From contig JAIBBU010000010.1 in the NCBI GenBank assembly GCA_019694515.1, positions 35,496 to 99,495 of the forward strand: 64,000 bases of DNA. Reading direction: 5' to 3'. Positions within the stretch are counted from its first letter, which is position 1; every line of letters begins with the position of its first letter. The position numbers were made by a program, and so were the translations under genes. Source of the stretch: Oligoflexia bacterium. Lineage in GTDB: Bacteria; Bdellovibrionota_C; UBA2361; JBGSMV01. The notes under the pieces were generated by a model. That model saw nothing but the letters and a program-made list of their open reading frames with translations. It did no database searches and was not told the origin of the DNA. Below are positions 19,066 to 27,681 of the stretch, in pieces.

Positions 19066-21147
19066 CTAAGCGCTGGCTTGCTCCTCGCCGCGGCGGGTCA
19101 CCAGCTTTTCCTGCAGATGACTTGGCACATCTTGATAGTGACTGACACTCATGGTGAAGGTGCCTTGGCCTGAGGTCAAAGTCCCCAGGATCGCCCCGTA
19201 TTCAAGGAGTTCGACCATTGGCACCTGTGCTTCAATCTCTTGCGCGCCCTCGGTCGCATTGAGATTCTGCACCCGCCCGCGGCGTGATGATAAATCCTTA
19301 AGTACCTCACCGGTATACTGGTCCGGAACAATCACATCCAAGGCCATGATCGGTTCGAGCAGCACCGGATGTGCCTGCTCATAGGCCAGCTTCATCGCGA
19401 TCGCACCCGCGGTTTGAAACGCGTAATCCGACGAATCGACCTGGTGGTATGATCCGTCGTAAACCGCGACCTTCAGATCTGTCACCGGGGAACCGTTCAG
19501 TGGGCCACGCAACAACGACTCTTCGACGCCCTTCTTGATCGATCCGATATACTGGCGGGGAATCGCGCCACCGGTGACAAGATCGACAAACTCGAATCCG
19601 GAATTACGGGGCAGAGGAGTAACCTCAATGAAGCAGTTGGCAAATTGCCCGTGACCGCCGGTCTGCTTTTTGAGTTTGCCCTGCACCTTCACGGCCTTCG
19701 AGAGCGTCTCCCGGTATGGAACCTTGGGCGCTCTTAAGCGCGCCTTACCGCCATATTTTCTGGTCAAGCGCTCTAATGCAATGTCGATATGGGTCTGTCC
19801 CATGCCTGAAAGGATCATTTCGTGGGTCTGACCATCCCGATAAAGATGTAGAGTCGGATCTTCTTCAGCCAAGCGCGCTAGGCCGGCTGCTACTTTCTCT
19901 TCACTCTTGGGATCCTGGGCCTCGACTGCGTACATGATCGGGGCCTCGGCATACTTCACCTGCGGATATCGGAGGGCATTGTCGACATCACACAACGTAT
20001 CGCCGGTGGAGGTTTCATTCATCTTGGCAATTGCTCCAATCTGGCCGGCATACAATCTTTCGGTGGCCTCCAGCTTTGCGCCCTGCACCAAATAGAGGTG
20101 ACCTGAACGCTGCTCCGTCTGTTGCGTAGCATTGAGCATGCGCTGATGGGGCGCGAGTGTGCCCGATATTACGCGTACCATCGAAAGCTTTCCGGAGAAT
20201 TGATCGATCACTGTTTTTAACACGATCGCCGAGAAGGGGATTTCTGGATCGCAGCGCCGCACTTCGGTCCGTTCGGCGTCGCCTAACGCAACACCTTGGA
20301 ATGGGCGTGTGGCATCTCGATCTGGAGGCGAGGGCAAATAGTGGACAATCGCTTCCATCAGCGCCTCGATTCCGGAATTAGCGAGCGCCGAACCGCATAG
20401 GACCGGAATAAATTCTCGCGCAATTACGGAGCGTCTTAGAGCCTGCTCGATCTCCTCAATGCTGAGCTCTTCGCCTCCAAGATATTTCTCTAACAGAGCC
20501 TCGTCGTTCTCGACCACCTTTTCGACCAATTGGGTACGGAGTCGGGTGACCTCGCTCAATAAATGCCCCGGGATTTCGCAGGGAGCAGAGCGGCCATCGC
20601 GGGTGCTCCAGGCTTTCATTCTAATCAGATCGACGATCCCCAGCTCTTGAGGTCCGGTGCGAATCGGAATCACGATCGGCTGTGCGCTGGCATGCAGCTG
20701 ATCCCGGGTGCTTTGGATAGCATGCATGAAATCACTTTCCGGAAGATCGGTATGACTCATGAAGGCGATCACCGGCAGCTCCTGCTCTTCCAGCATCTTC
20801 CAGAGACGCACGGTCTCCGGTTTGACGCCATCCACCCCCGAAATCACCAAAACAGCGCCATCGGCGCCGGGGAGCACGCCCCGGGTGCCTTCTAAGAAGT
20901 TAAAATAGCCCGGCGTATCGATAATGTTGATAGTGTGATCTTTCCAATCAAAATGTCCGACGTGCGGGGTGATGGCGATCTTGTGCGCCACCTCCTCCGG
21001 CTCCACCCGCATGACAGCCGCACGCTCTTCCAGCGAATTAATGGCATGCGCCTGAAAAAGCAGCGCCTGAATTAGCGCCGTTTTACCAGCTCCGCCATGC
21101 GCAATCATGGCGACATTCCTTGTATTTTCTGCTCTGATTGGGTCCAT
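19066..21147 (-). CDS. Divergent elongation factor G-like translational GTPase (EF-G paralogue)
   Basis: 693 aa with the five-domain EF-G layout. P-loop AHGGAGKT. Switch II reads DTPGYFNF rather than DTPGH(V/M)DF, and the NKxD G4 motif is degraded to SHTD. It sits 3 nt downstream of the sigma-54 activator gene on the same strand. Confidence 0.85.
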   Translation of the reverse strand: MDPIRAENTRNVAMIAHGGAGKTALIQALLFQAHAINSLEERAAVMRVEPEEVAHKIAITPHVGHFDWKDHTINIIDTPGYFNFLEGTRGVLPGADGAVLVISGVDGVKPETVRLWKMLEEQELPVIAFMSHTDLPESDFMHAIQSTRDQLHASAQPIVIPIRTGPQELGIVDLIRMKAWSTRDGRSAPCEIPGHLLSEVTRLRTQLVEKVVENDEALLEKYLGGEELSIEEIEQALRRSVIAREFIPVLCGSALANSGIEALMEAIVHYLPSPPDRDATRPFQGVALGDAERTEVRRCDPEIPFSAIVLKTVIDQFSGKLSMVRVISGTLAPHQRMLNATQQTEQRSGHLYLVQGAKLEATERLYAGQIGAIAKMNETSTGDTLCDVDNALRYPQVKYAEAPIMYAVEAQDPKSEEKVAAGLARLAEEDPTLHLYRDGQTHEMILSGMGQTHIDIALERLTRKYGGKARLRAPKVPYRETLSKAVKVQGKLKKQTGGHGQFANCFIEVTPLPRNSGFEFVDLVTGGAIPRQYIGSIKKGVEESLLRGPLNGSPVTDLKVAVYDGSYHQVDSSDYAFQTAGAIAMKLAYEQAHPVLLEPIMALDVIVPDQYTGEVLKDLSSRRGRVQNLNATEGAQEIEAQVPMVELLEYGAILGTLTSGQGTFTMSVSHYQDVPSHLQEKLVTRRGEEQASA

Positions 21148-21149
21148 CT

Positions 21150-22181
21150 TCAGTGCTCCATTTTTGAGTTGTGATTAGCTAAACCATATCTATTCAATTT
21201 CTTCCAAAGCGTGACGCGGCTAAATCCCAACATTGCCGCTGCTTTGGTTTTGTTGCCGTCACTGGCTTCCAGTGCGTCAAGAATCGCGAGCTTCTCTTCC
21301 TCTACCGGGATAGCGTGACTAGATCGATAGTGCTGGCGTTCGACGCGCTGACTGAGGCCGGCAGGGTCGGAATGACTAAGTAAGTCGGGCAGGTGCTGCA
21401 TCTCGATTGCGCCGCTCTTTGCGATCACAAAGGCGTGCTCAAGTGCATTCTCAAGCTCGCGCACGTTGCCGGGCCATTGGTATTGCTCGAAGAGCTTTGC
21501 TACTTCGTCTGATAATCCGGTGATCGATTTTGAAAATCGCTGATTGAATTTAGAGATGAAATAGCTGCTTAGAGCCAGGATATCCTGCGAGCGGTTGCGC
21601 AATGGGGGAATACGTAAGGGGAATACATTGATGCGGTAATAGAAATCCTCCCGAATTCTTCCTCGCGCCACGAGATCTTCGAGGTGGCGATTGGTGGCGG
21701 TAATGATCCGAATGTCGGCCTTGCGGGTCAGCGCTTCGCCTACGCGAGAATATTCGTGGGATTGCAGGAGCCGGAGTAATTTTACCTGCATGTCCGGAGA
21801 GACATCTCCAATCTCATCCAGGAATATCGTACCGTCATGTGCATATTCCACGATGCCCTGCTGATCACGATGTGCATCAGTGAACGCGCCCTTAACGTGG
21901 CCGAATAGCGTGCTCTCCAGCAGGTTATGAGGGATGGTGGAGCAGTTGACCTTGGCGAATCGCCCCGCGCGCCTACCGCTCAAGTGGTGGATGGCATCAG
22001 CTACGAGTTCTTTGCCGACCCCGCTCTCGCCGTAGATGTGCACAGTTACATCCGTCGGCGCGACTAACCCGATTAATTCATAAAGATGCATCATTAAGGG
22101 GTGTGATCCGATCAGACGGTGAAATCTGTACGGAGGCTGGGACTCAAGACTGGCGGGTTGGTCGGGCATAACGGGCGGCAT
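21150..22181 (-). CDS. Sigma-54-dependent transcriptional activator of PspF/HrpS type (AAA+ sigma-54 interaction domain plus C-terminal Fis-type HTH; no N-terminal sensor or receiver domain)
   Basis: Walker A GESGVGKE, the ESTLFGHVKGAFTDA (GAFTGA-type) loop, Walker B IFLDEIGD, and the C-terminal HTH LGFSRVTLWKKLNRYGL. The protein begins about 25 residues before the AAA+ core. Confidence 0.9.
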   Translation of the reverse strand: MPPVMPDQPASLESQPPYRFHRLIGSHPLMMHLYELIGLVAPTDVTVHIYGESGVGKELVADAIHHLSGRRAGRFAKVNCSTIPHNLLESTLFGHVKGAFTDAHRDQQGIVEYAHDGTIFLDEIGDVSPDMQVKLLRLLQSHEYSRVGEALTRKADIRIITATNRHLEDLVARGRIREDFYYRINVFPLRIPPLRNRSQDILALSSYFISKFNQRFSKSITGLSDEVAKLFEQYQWPGNVRELENALEHAFVIAKSGAIEMQHLPDLLSHSDPAGLSQRVERQHYRSSHAIPVEEEKLAILDALEASDGNKTKAAAMLGFSRVTLWKKLNRYGLANHNSKMEH

Positions 22182-22476
22182 CCTTTACCACGCAGGAACC
22201 CAAAAGTGTTAACCAGCTAACCCGGCCGGGGCGGCGAGAGAACGCTCATCGGGCCTCTCCTATGTAATCATGGCCGGCTACAAATTCAAATAAAAACCGC
22301 GAAATATTTGAGTAATATTGAAACACCAAACGATGCGTCGAGAGGTTGTAAGCGGCGCGTTAACAGCAAACGCTAACTGCCGCGGCCGAACTGAAGTTCA
22401 GGTTTACACTCAAGATTTAATGAACTGATCTTTATGCTCAATTCGATGGTGAGTAAGAAATTCCTGAATGGGCGGC

Positions 22477-22492
22477 TGGCATGCAGATTGCT
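22477..22492 (+). promoter_or_regulatory. Sigma-54 (RpoN) -24/-12 promoter TGGCAT-N5-TTGCT upstream of the Hsp20 gene
   Basis: CTGGCATGCAGATTGCT matches the TGGCAC-N5-TTGCW consensus at the invariant GG and GC with correct spacing, about 85 nt upstream of the hsp20 ATG. The activator gene is transcribed divergently. An AT-rich tract (about 22285..22330) lies in between, consistent with an IHF-type bend site. Confidence 0.6.
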
Positions 22493-22576
22493 GTCCTAGA
22501 CCACGGACTCTGGGTGGTTCGTCCTGGGGCTAATCCTAGAATCCTATTTTAATCCATCTTTGGATTGGAGAATCGT

Positions 22577-23023
22577 ATGGAATTCTTCCCCAGCATTCTT
22601 CCGGAAACTCGTTCGACATTGTTTGCTCAGCCATTCCGCGCGCTAGAGGAGGCCGTGAATAAAATGTGGCCGGCCTTTAATGCTCTGGGCCAGGTGGTGC
22701 CGCGAACATTTGCATTAGACGTGGAAGAACTGCCTGACAAGTATCGGATTAAGGCCGATTTGCCAGGAATTGATCGAAAATGTGTCCATATTTCATTCGA
22801 GCAGCCAATGCTGACGATTGAAATTGAAGTCAATAAAGAGGAGGAAAGAAAAGAGGGCACTTTCTTGGCTCGCGAGAGACTGTACAGCACAACCGCGCGT
22901 TCGATTCCGCTGCCCCTCGCAGATGCGAAAGGCAATGTCGATGCGGTGATGAAGGAAGGAGTGCTAACAATTACTGTCCCCAAGAGCCACGAGAAGCAGA
23001 CCAAGACGATTGAAATACACTAG
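22577..23023 (+). CDS. Hsp20/alpha-crystallin family small heat-shock protein
   Basis: Alpha-crystallin domain (DVEELPDKYRIKADLPGIDRKCVHISFEQPMLTIEIE...GVLTITVPK). GGAGAA lies 5 nt upstream of the ATG at 22577. Confidence 0.85.
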   Translation: MEFFPSILPETRSTLFAQPFRALEEAVNKMWPAFNALGQVVPRTFALDVEELPDKYRIKADLPGIDRKCVHISFEQPMLTIEIEVNKEEERKEGTFLARERLYSTTARSIPLPLADAKGNVDAVMKEGVLTITVPKSHEKQTKTIEIH

Positions 23024-23165
23024 CGTTCAATTAAGATGCTGCTGAGGATCTTGCAGCCTGGAGCCCCCGCCCGCTTGGGGCTCGCTCCGGCGGCGCAAGA
23101 ATTCATAGCGCAGCGGTCATCGCTTCACAGATGACTGGATCTGAAGGGGCCACTTCAGATCGAAG

Positions 23166-23197
23166 GCGCGTCTAGTCCAGGCGCGCCTTTTTTTCTA
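23166..23197 (+). terminator. Rho-independent terminator after hsp20 (GGCGCGtctagtccagGCGCGCC + TTTTTTT)
   Basis: GC-rich 6 to 7-bp stem followed by a 7-T run. A second small hairpin CTGAAGgggccaCTTCAG sits just upstream. Confidence 0.6.
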
Positions 23198-23345
23198 CCC
23201 TTTTTGGAGGCTTGTAAGCTTGAAAGACGACCCTGTGGGGCACGCTCCGAGTCCGAGACAGAAGCAGTCTTATCGCTAACGAGTCCCCAAGCAGGGTAGA
23301 ACAGGTTATGGACGGCCTGCGCCATTCCGCGTAAAGATCGCGCGC

Positions 23346-23726
23346 ATGACTCTGCAGATGCTGATTGCTACCTGTGCCTGGCTGCTGCTGGTGCTCGGGT
23401 ATTGCCAACGCTACCAGCGCAGCCGGCATGTGCCCCTAGTCTTAGCCGGCATCGGGACCGATCTCGCCTTGGTACTTTACCTCCAAATCACCCGGGGTGC
23501 GGTGCAAAAGGCTCTGGCTTTTGATATGACGCTGCTAAATCAGCTGCATGTCGGATTTTCAACCGCGGCGTTGCTGCTTTACTTTCCGATCTTATACCTA
23601 GGCTTTCGTCTCGTGCGCGGGGATAAATCAGCCGCGCTTCGAATTACGCACGCGCGACTTGCTCGAGTTTGTCTGGGCCTTCGTACCGCCGGGTTTATTC
23701 TGATGTTCTCGATGTGGAAGCATTGA
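23346..23726 (+). CDS. Possible small membrane protein (hypothetical)
   Basis: 126-aa ORF with three hydrophobic segments and no clear RBS. Low confidence that it is expressed. Confidence 0.3.
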   Translation: MTLQMLIATCAWLLLVLGYCQRYQRSRHVPLVLAGIGTDLALVLYLQITRGAVQKALAFDMTLLNQLHVGFSTAALLLYFPILYLGFRLVRGDKSAALRITHARLARVCLGLRTAGFILMFSMWKH

Positions 23727-24031
23727 GGCCCAACTCCCGCTCCTCTTTACCGTGCGCAGAATCTTTTTCCGATTTCGTGGAGCGGGTGTCGAGGCAAGCT
23801 TTTTATGCAAGAGCGTGGGAAAGTCTCCAGCCCTGCGTTCTTAGTGTAAAGCTGGCTTGTTATTGCCCATTACGAGCATAAATTTTGCTGCGGTACAGCG
23901 TCTATCCTATTTTATTAGGACCGCGCTGAGCTAGAGCATTGAACCGTTGCTAAGTGCTGCCTGATCTCGCATTCTGCACTACTGCTATATCAAGTTCCGC
24001 AGGCTGCACTAAGCTTGGGAGGAGAATTTTA

Positions 24032-24676
24032 ATGGATTATTTAAGAATTTACTTCTTACGTCACGGGCAAACCGAGCAGAGCCGCGCCACACTTTTTTGC
24101 GGCTCTGGTCTTAATCCGCCGTTGACCGCCGAGGGGCTGGAGATGGCGAATTGTGTTGCAGCAGCACACGCCAAGACCGCATGGCAGGCGATCTATAGCA
24201 GTCCGCTGCTTCGCACCGTTAGCACAGCCCAGATCGTGGCGGCGCCGCACGGCTTGCAGCCGATCCTCGACGATGGACTTAAGGAGATCGGTTTCGGGGC
24301 CTGGGAAGGCAAGACCGCCGAAGCGGTTAACACGGAATTCCATGATGACTACATCCGCTGGATGGCCGATCCGGCCTGGTGCCCTCCGACTGGCGGAGAG
24401 ACGGCGACAGTAATCGCTTCCCGTGCGCTGCCCGTAATTGAAAGAATTAGAGCAGAGATACCAAAAGGTGAAGTATTGGTCGTTTCACATAAAGCTACGA
24501 TTCGAATCCTATTATGTCAGCTGCTGGGAATCGATGTGGGACGTTTTCGTTTTCGGCTTGATTGTCCGGTTTGTTCAATCAGTGTAGTGGACTTCACCAA
24601 GCAAGGGCCCTGGCTGCGGGTGCTGGCGGACCGCTCACATCTGACGGCCCGGCTGCGTGAGCTGCCGGGAACATAG
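24032..24676 (+). CDS. Histidine phosphatase superfamily protein (phosphoglycerate-mutase-like / CobC-like)
   Basis: Begins MDYLRIYFLRHGQTE (RHG catalytic motif). GGAGGAG RBS precedes it. The conserved H in VVSHKATIRIL is present. Confidence 0.8.
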   Translation: MDYLRIYFLRHGQTEQSRATLFCGSGLNPPLTAEGLEMANCVAAAHAKTAWQAIYSSPLLRTVSTAQIVAAPHGLQPILDDGLKEIGFGAWEGKTAEAVNTEFHDDYIRWMADPAWCPPTGGETATVIASRALPVIERIRAEIPKGEVLVVSHKATIRILLCQLLGIDVGRFRFRLDCPVCSISVVDFTKQGPWLRVLADRSHLTARLRELPGT

Positions 24677-24920
24677 CAGGCGCACTTACCACCCAGGCTC
24701 AAGTCCGGGCGCATAGGCCGGAGTTCCGATATTGACCAGGAGACCGTCGCGTTCTTTGGGCGGTGCCGTGATCGGCGTGGGCTGAATCCCTGCTAATGCT
24801 TGAATTAGGGCACGAAGCTCAATGCAATATGCTTCTGTCAGGAGCGCTAGCCCCGCAAAATAATTTGTTGCACAGCGCGCCGAAACGCCGGCCGCAAACC
24901 GCTGGATTTCTACTTAGTGA

Positions 24921-24990
24921 GGGATTGCTTCGCTCCGCTCGCAATGACGATACCGCGAGGCAGGCTTTCGCTGGTTTCGCAACGAAAGGG
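24921..24990. repeat. MITE-like repeat, copy C (half element: GGGATTGCTTCGCTCCGCTCGCAATGAC plus the GGCAGGCTTTCGCT module)
   Basis: Read directly. It lies in a 530-bp intergenic region. Confidence 0.7.
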
Positions 24991-25209
24991 TCGCGCATTT
25001 AGGCAGGTATGGCGTCCTAAAAATAGGGAACATCCACAGTGGGAGATGTTCCTTATGCCGCGGACAGAATTACCCCCGGTTTCGATTCAGCAAACCGAGA
25101 TCAGTCTCCGACCGCAGAGCGCCGTTAGCCAGCAGCCGAAATCAATGACGCAGTAGATTCGATCTTTGAATTGTGGAACCTCTACCGCAGCGGCCAGCGC
25201 AGCGCTGCT

Positions 25210-26982
25210 TTACAGTCGGCCTTGATCTTTGCTCTCCCCTCGCAAAATCTGCAGCGCTTTGCGGGTAAGAAGATCTAGGAGATCGTTAGAACTACCGGGA
25301 TTACCAGGCTGTTGGCGCTCCTCGGCGGCTCCGAGAAGAATTCGCGCATGCATCCGTGCCCAGCGGATCTTCTCGGGGGTATGGCAATAGTCGAGCGCGC
25401 TCTGTAGTTCGCTGTTTTCTTCCAGCCGAATTGCGCCTTTTGCCAATTTCTCACGATCGCAATTTTCCCAGGCGCGAAGAATTCTATAGGTTAAAAGATC
25501 CTCAACCTGACGGGGACTGAGGCCGGCGCGCTGCTGCTGGATCTGTTCCGTAAGTTCTCGGTAATTTACCCCCGGCCCATCAAAGAAGATCAGGATGTCA
25601 TTCAAGAGCGTTTCGCGGCGCATGGCGCGGTACTCGTCAGAATCGATTCCCGGCAGATCGGTCTCTTTAATGCGTGAGGGCAGGCTTGCTTCCTCCTGCA
25701 GCACTGATTGCCCGGCAGTTGAGGTTGCTGTATTGCGGCCGCCGCTGCTCTGTGTCGCTGTTGCTGTGGGCCTTGCACTGCGGAGGCCAGCAGCATCGCC
25801 TCGATTTGGATCGCCGCCGGTCGCCTGATCTGGAGATGGATCGCCGGATTCTTGTTGCCGCTGTCTGCGGCGGAGCAGAAATAACAAGCCTAAGGGAATC
25901 GGATAGAGAGCTTTGGAGTCGTGATCGACATGTCCCTGCACCGTCGCATCGACTCGGCGTTTCGAGTAAATTATTTCTGCTAACTCTCGATTCAGCTCGG
26001 GATCCTTAATGCGACCAGCGCAATAGGCTTTAACCATAGTGAAGATGCGCTCGTCCTCGGTTGCGCCGCTGTAGTCCATGGAGAGTTCAGTCAGGCGGCC
26101 CCAATCCTCGTCCGAGAAACCCAGCTCCCTCCCAATCACTCGAACCCGCATGGGGCTGCTCTCTTGCAGCGCATTCATGATGCGCTTCGCGGCATCGTCC
26201 CCCCGCAGAGCCCCCAGGTCTTCGTTCTCTGGGTCAGATTCCGACAAGCTCTCAGGGCCCAAAGCGGCTGGCCCTTCTGGTGACGCGTTTCCTACGGCGG
26301 TAAGCGAATCTACGGTTGAGTCATGAAGAAGTTCTGGTCCATGCGCGCGGCGATAAGCAGCCTTAGCCCAGTCGAAGCCATGCAGTTCATCTGCAACCTG
26401 GTGCAGCAGCTGTGCGCGCACGTCGGCGGCAAAGCGGTCGTGATCTTCGGGGCGCAGTGAGCGCGCCAGATCAAACTGACGTGCGTATTCGTAGGGAATT
26501 GTGAATGTACTTTCATAGCGCTGGGTCTTATGCGAAACGGTAACCAAGCTTATCGGACAAACTGCGCTCCAGAGATCGTGAAGTGCGACATGGTAGCGCC
26601 CGGTTGCAGGATCGCGCTCGATGATGTTGACGTTGATCTCTGGGAATTTGGCCTTGGCTCCCGCCGTCGAATCCAATCCTGCGGATTCCGGAAGCGTCAG
26701 CTCAACTCCCCATTTGGTCTTGAGGTCGACAAGCGAGGGGCCTGAAGCGTGAGCACGCAGCGGTGAATCGGCAGCGTGGGCAGCTATGATTGCAGGGTCC
26801 GCCTCCGCGGTTTTCGGGTGAGCTATAGCAGCAAGTAAACCAACGATCTTGGCGATGGCGCGGAAGCGCTCCGCGATGGATTGCGGCGGACCGCCAATTA
26901 CATTTAGATCTGGTGCGGCCTCGGTGTTTGAAATGAGCCGAGCTGTATCAGAACTGGGATCTTTAGGGCCATGGCCTGCCAT
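25210..26982 (-). CDS. Large hypothetical protein (about 590 aa) with a Gly/Ser/Thr/Pro-rich disordered segment and one central hydrophobic stretch; no recognised domain
   Basis: Start moved to the ATG at 26982 (GAAAGGAGctccgcATGGCAGGCCATGGC, a strong RBS). It is transcribed divergently from the RiPP precursor gene. Confidence 0.6.
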   Translation of the reverse strand: MAGHGPKDPSSDTARLISNTEAAPDLNVIGGPPQSIAERFRAIAKIVGLLAAIAHPKTAEADPAIIAAHAADSPLRAHASGPSLVDLKTKWGVELTLPESAGLDSTAGAKAKFPEINVNIIERDPATGRYHVALHDLWSAVCPISLVTVSHKTQRYESTFTIPYEYARQFDLARSLRPEDHDRFAADVRAQLLHQVADELHGFDWAKAAYRRAHGPELLHDSTVDSLTAVGNASPEGPAALGPESLSESDPENEDLGALRGDDAAKRIMNALQESSPMRVRVIGRELGFSDEDWGRLTELSMDYSGATEDERIFTMVKAYCAGRIKDPELNRELAEIIYSKRRVDATVQGHVDHDSKALYPIPLGLLFLLRRRQRQQESGDPSPDQATGGDPNRGDAAGLRSARPTATATQSSGGRNTATSTAGQSVLQEEASLPSRIKETDLPGIDSDEYRAMRRETLLNDILIFFDGPGVNYRELTEQIQQQRAGLSPRQVEDLLTYRILRAWENCDREKLAKGAIRLEENSELQSALDYCHTPEKIRWARMHARILLGAAEERQQPGNPGSSNDLLDLLTRKALQILRGESKDQGRL

Positions 26983-27252
26983 GCGGAGCTCCTTTCGTGA
27001 GACTGAACTAGGGAACGCTGCGGGCCACTCATCCAAAGTGGTCGCTTTTAGACGCTGCCTACCTTCGTTATGGAGAACCGCAGCTCTCCGTAGCATAAGG
27101 GCGCAGGGGGATTTACCTGGGGATCCCATAAAAAATCGCGCCGTATTTTCATTTTGCAGTGCCCGACAATGTGTTAGTTAAACGGCTTAACATTTGCTCC
27201 GGGAACTGAAACAAGGTTTGCGGGGCCAGCTCAAAACCTTTTTGGAGGCTTA

Positions 27253-27642
27253 ATGAAGAAGAACCGTAATTTATCGAACCTTTCGAAAGCATCACTGGCC
27301 CTCGGAGCAGTGGCGGGTCTAAGGCTAGCAGACGCCCACGCTATGCAGAGCTTTGACTATCACATGCTGGGTAGCGGCGCTGTCGTCCGGGGCGAGCTGC
27401 TGGAAAAGGCTGCTAATCCCGTTTACGCGGCGCATGAGGACGCGGAGGACGGCGAAGCCGGGTCCGGAAAGACGGTTGAAGGAAACTGCGGCGAAGGCAA
27501 GGAAAAATCGGCGGAAGCTAACTGCGGCGAAGGGAAGGATAAGGCCAAGAAGGAGCATGAGGCCGATCAGCATAAAGATAAGTCGAAGGATGCCGAAGGC
27601 AAGTGCGGTGAGGGCAAATGCGGCGAAGAGATGGATATGTAG
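27253..27642 (+). CDS. HvfA/bufferin-like RiPP precursor: small Sec-signal-peptide protein with Cys repeats NCGEGK, NCGEGK and KCGEGKCGEE
   Basis: 129 aa. Signal peptide MKKNRNLSNLSKASLALGAVAGLRLADAHA (AxA cleavage site). The mature part is Lys/Glu/Asp-rich with four Cys, all in (E)GKCG / NCGEG context. GGAGG RBS. It lies immediately upstream of the DUF692 and DUF2063 genes. Confidence 0.7.
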   Translation: MKKNRNLSNLSKASLALGAVAGLRLADAHAMQSFDYHMLGSGAVVRGELLEKAANPVYAAHEDAEDGEAGSGKTVEGNCGEGKEKSAEANCGEGKDKAKKEHEADQHKDKSKDAEGKCGEGKCGEEMDM

Positions 27643-27681
27643 CCTTTATCTGAGTCTCGGGGAGGCCTCCTCCCTGAGACA

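Noticed and set aside
22200-22400. Second sigma-54 promoter on the minus strand for the EBP / EF-G-like operon (GCAA-N5-GTGCCA on plus)
   Set aside because: No match found. The region contains only the CTGAAGTTCAG palindrome and an AT-rich tract.
23172-23429. Minus-strand ORF 23172..23429 and other short antisense or overlapping ORFs inside confident genes (for example 5155..5637, 6165..6614, 38371..39006)
   Set aside because: They are fully embedded antisense to conserved genes (RND pump, dnaK and others) or overlap a terminator. These are typical GC-rich frame artefacts.
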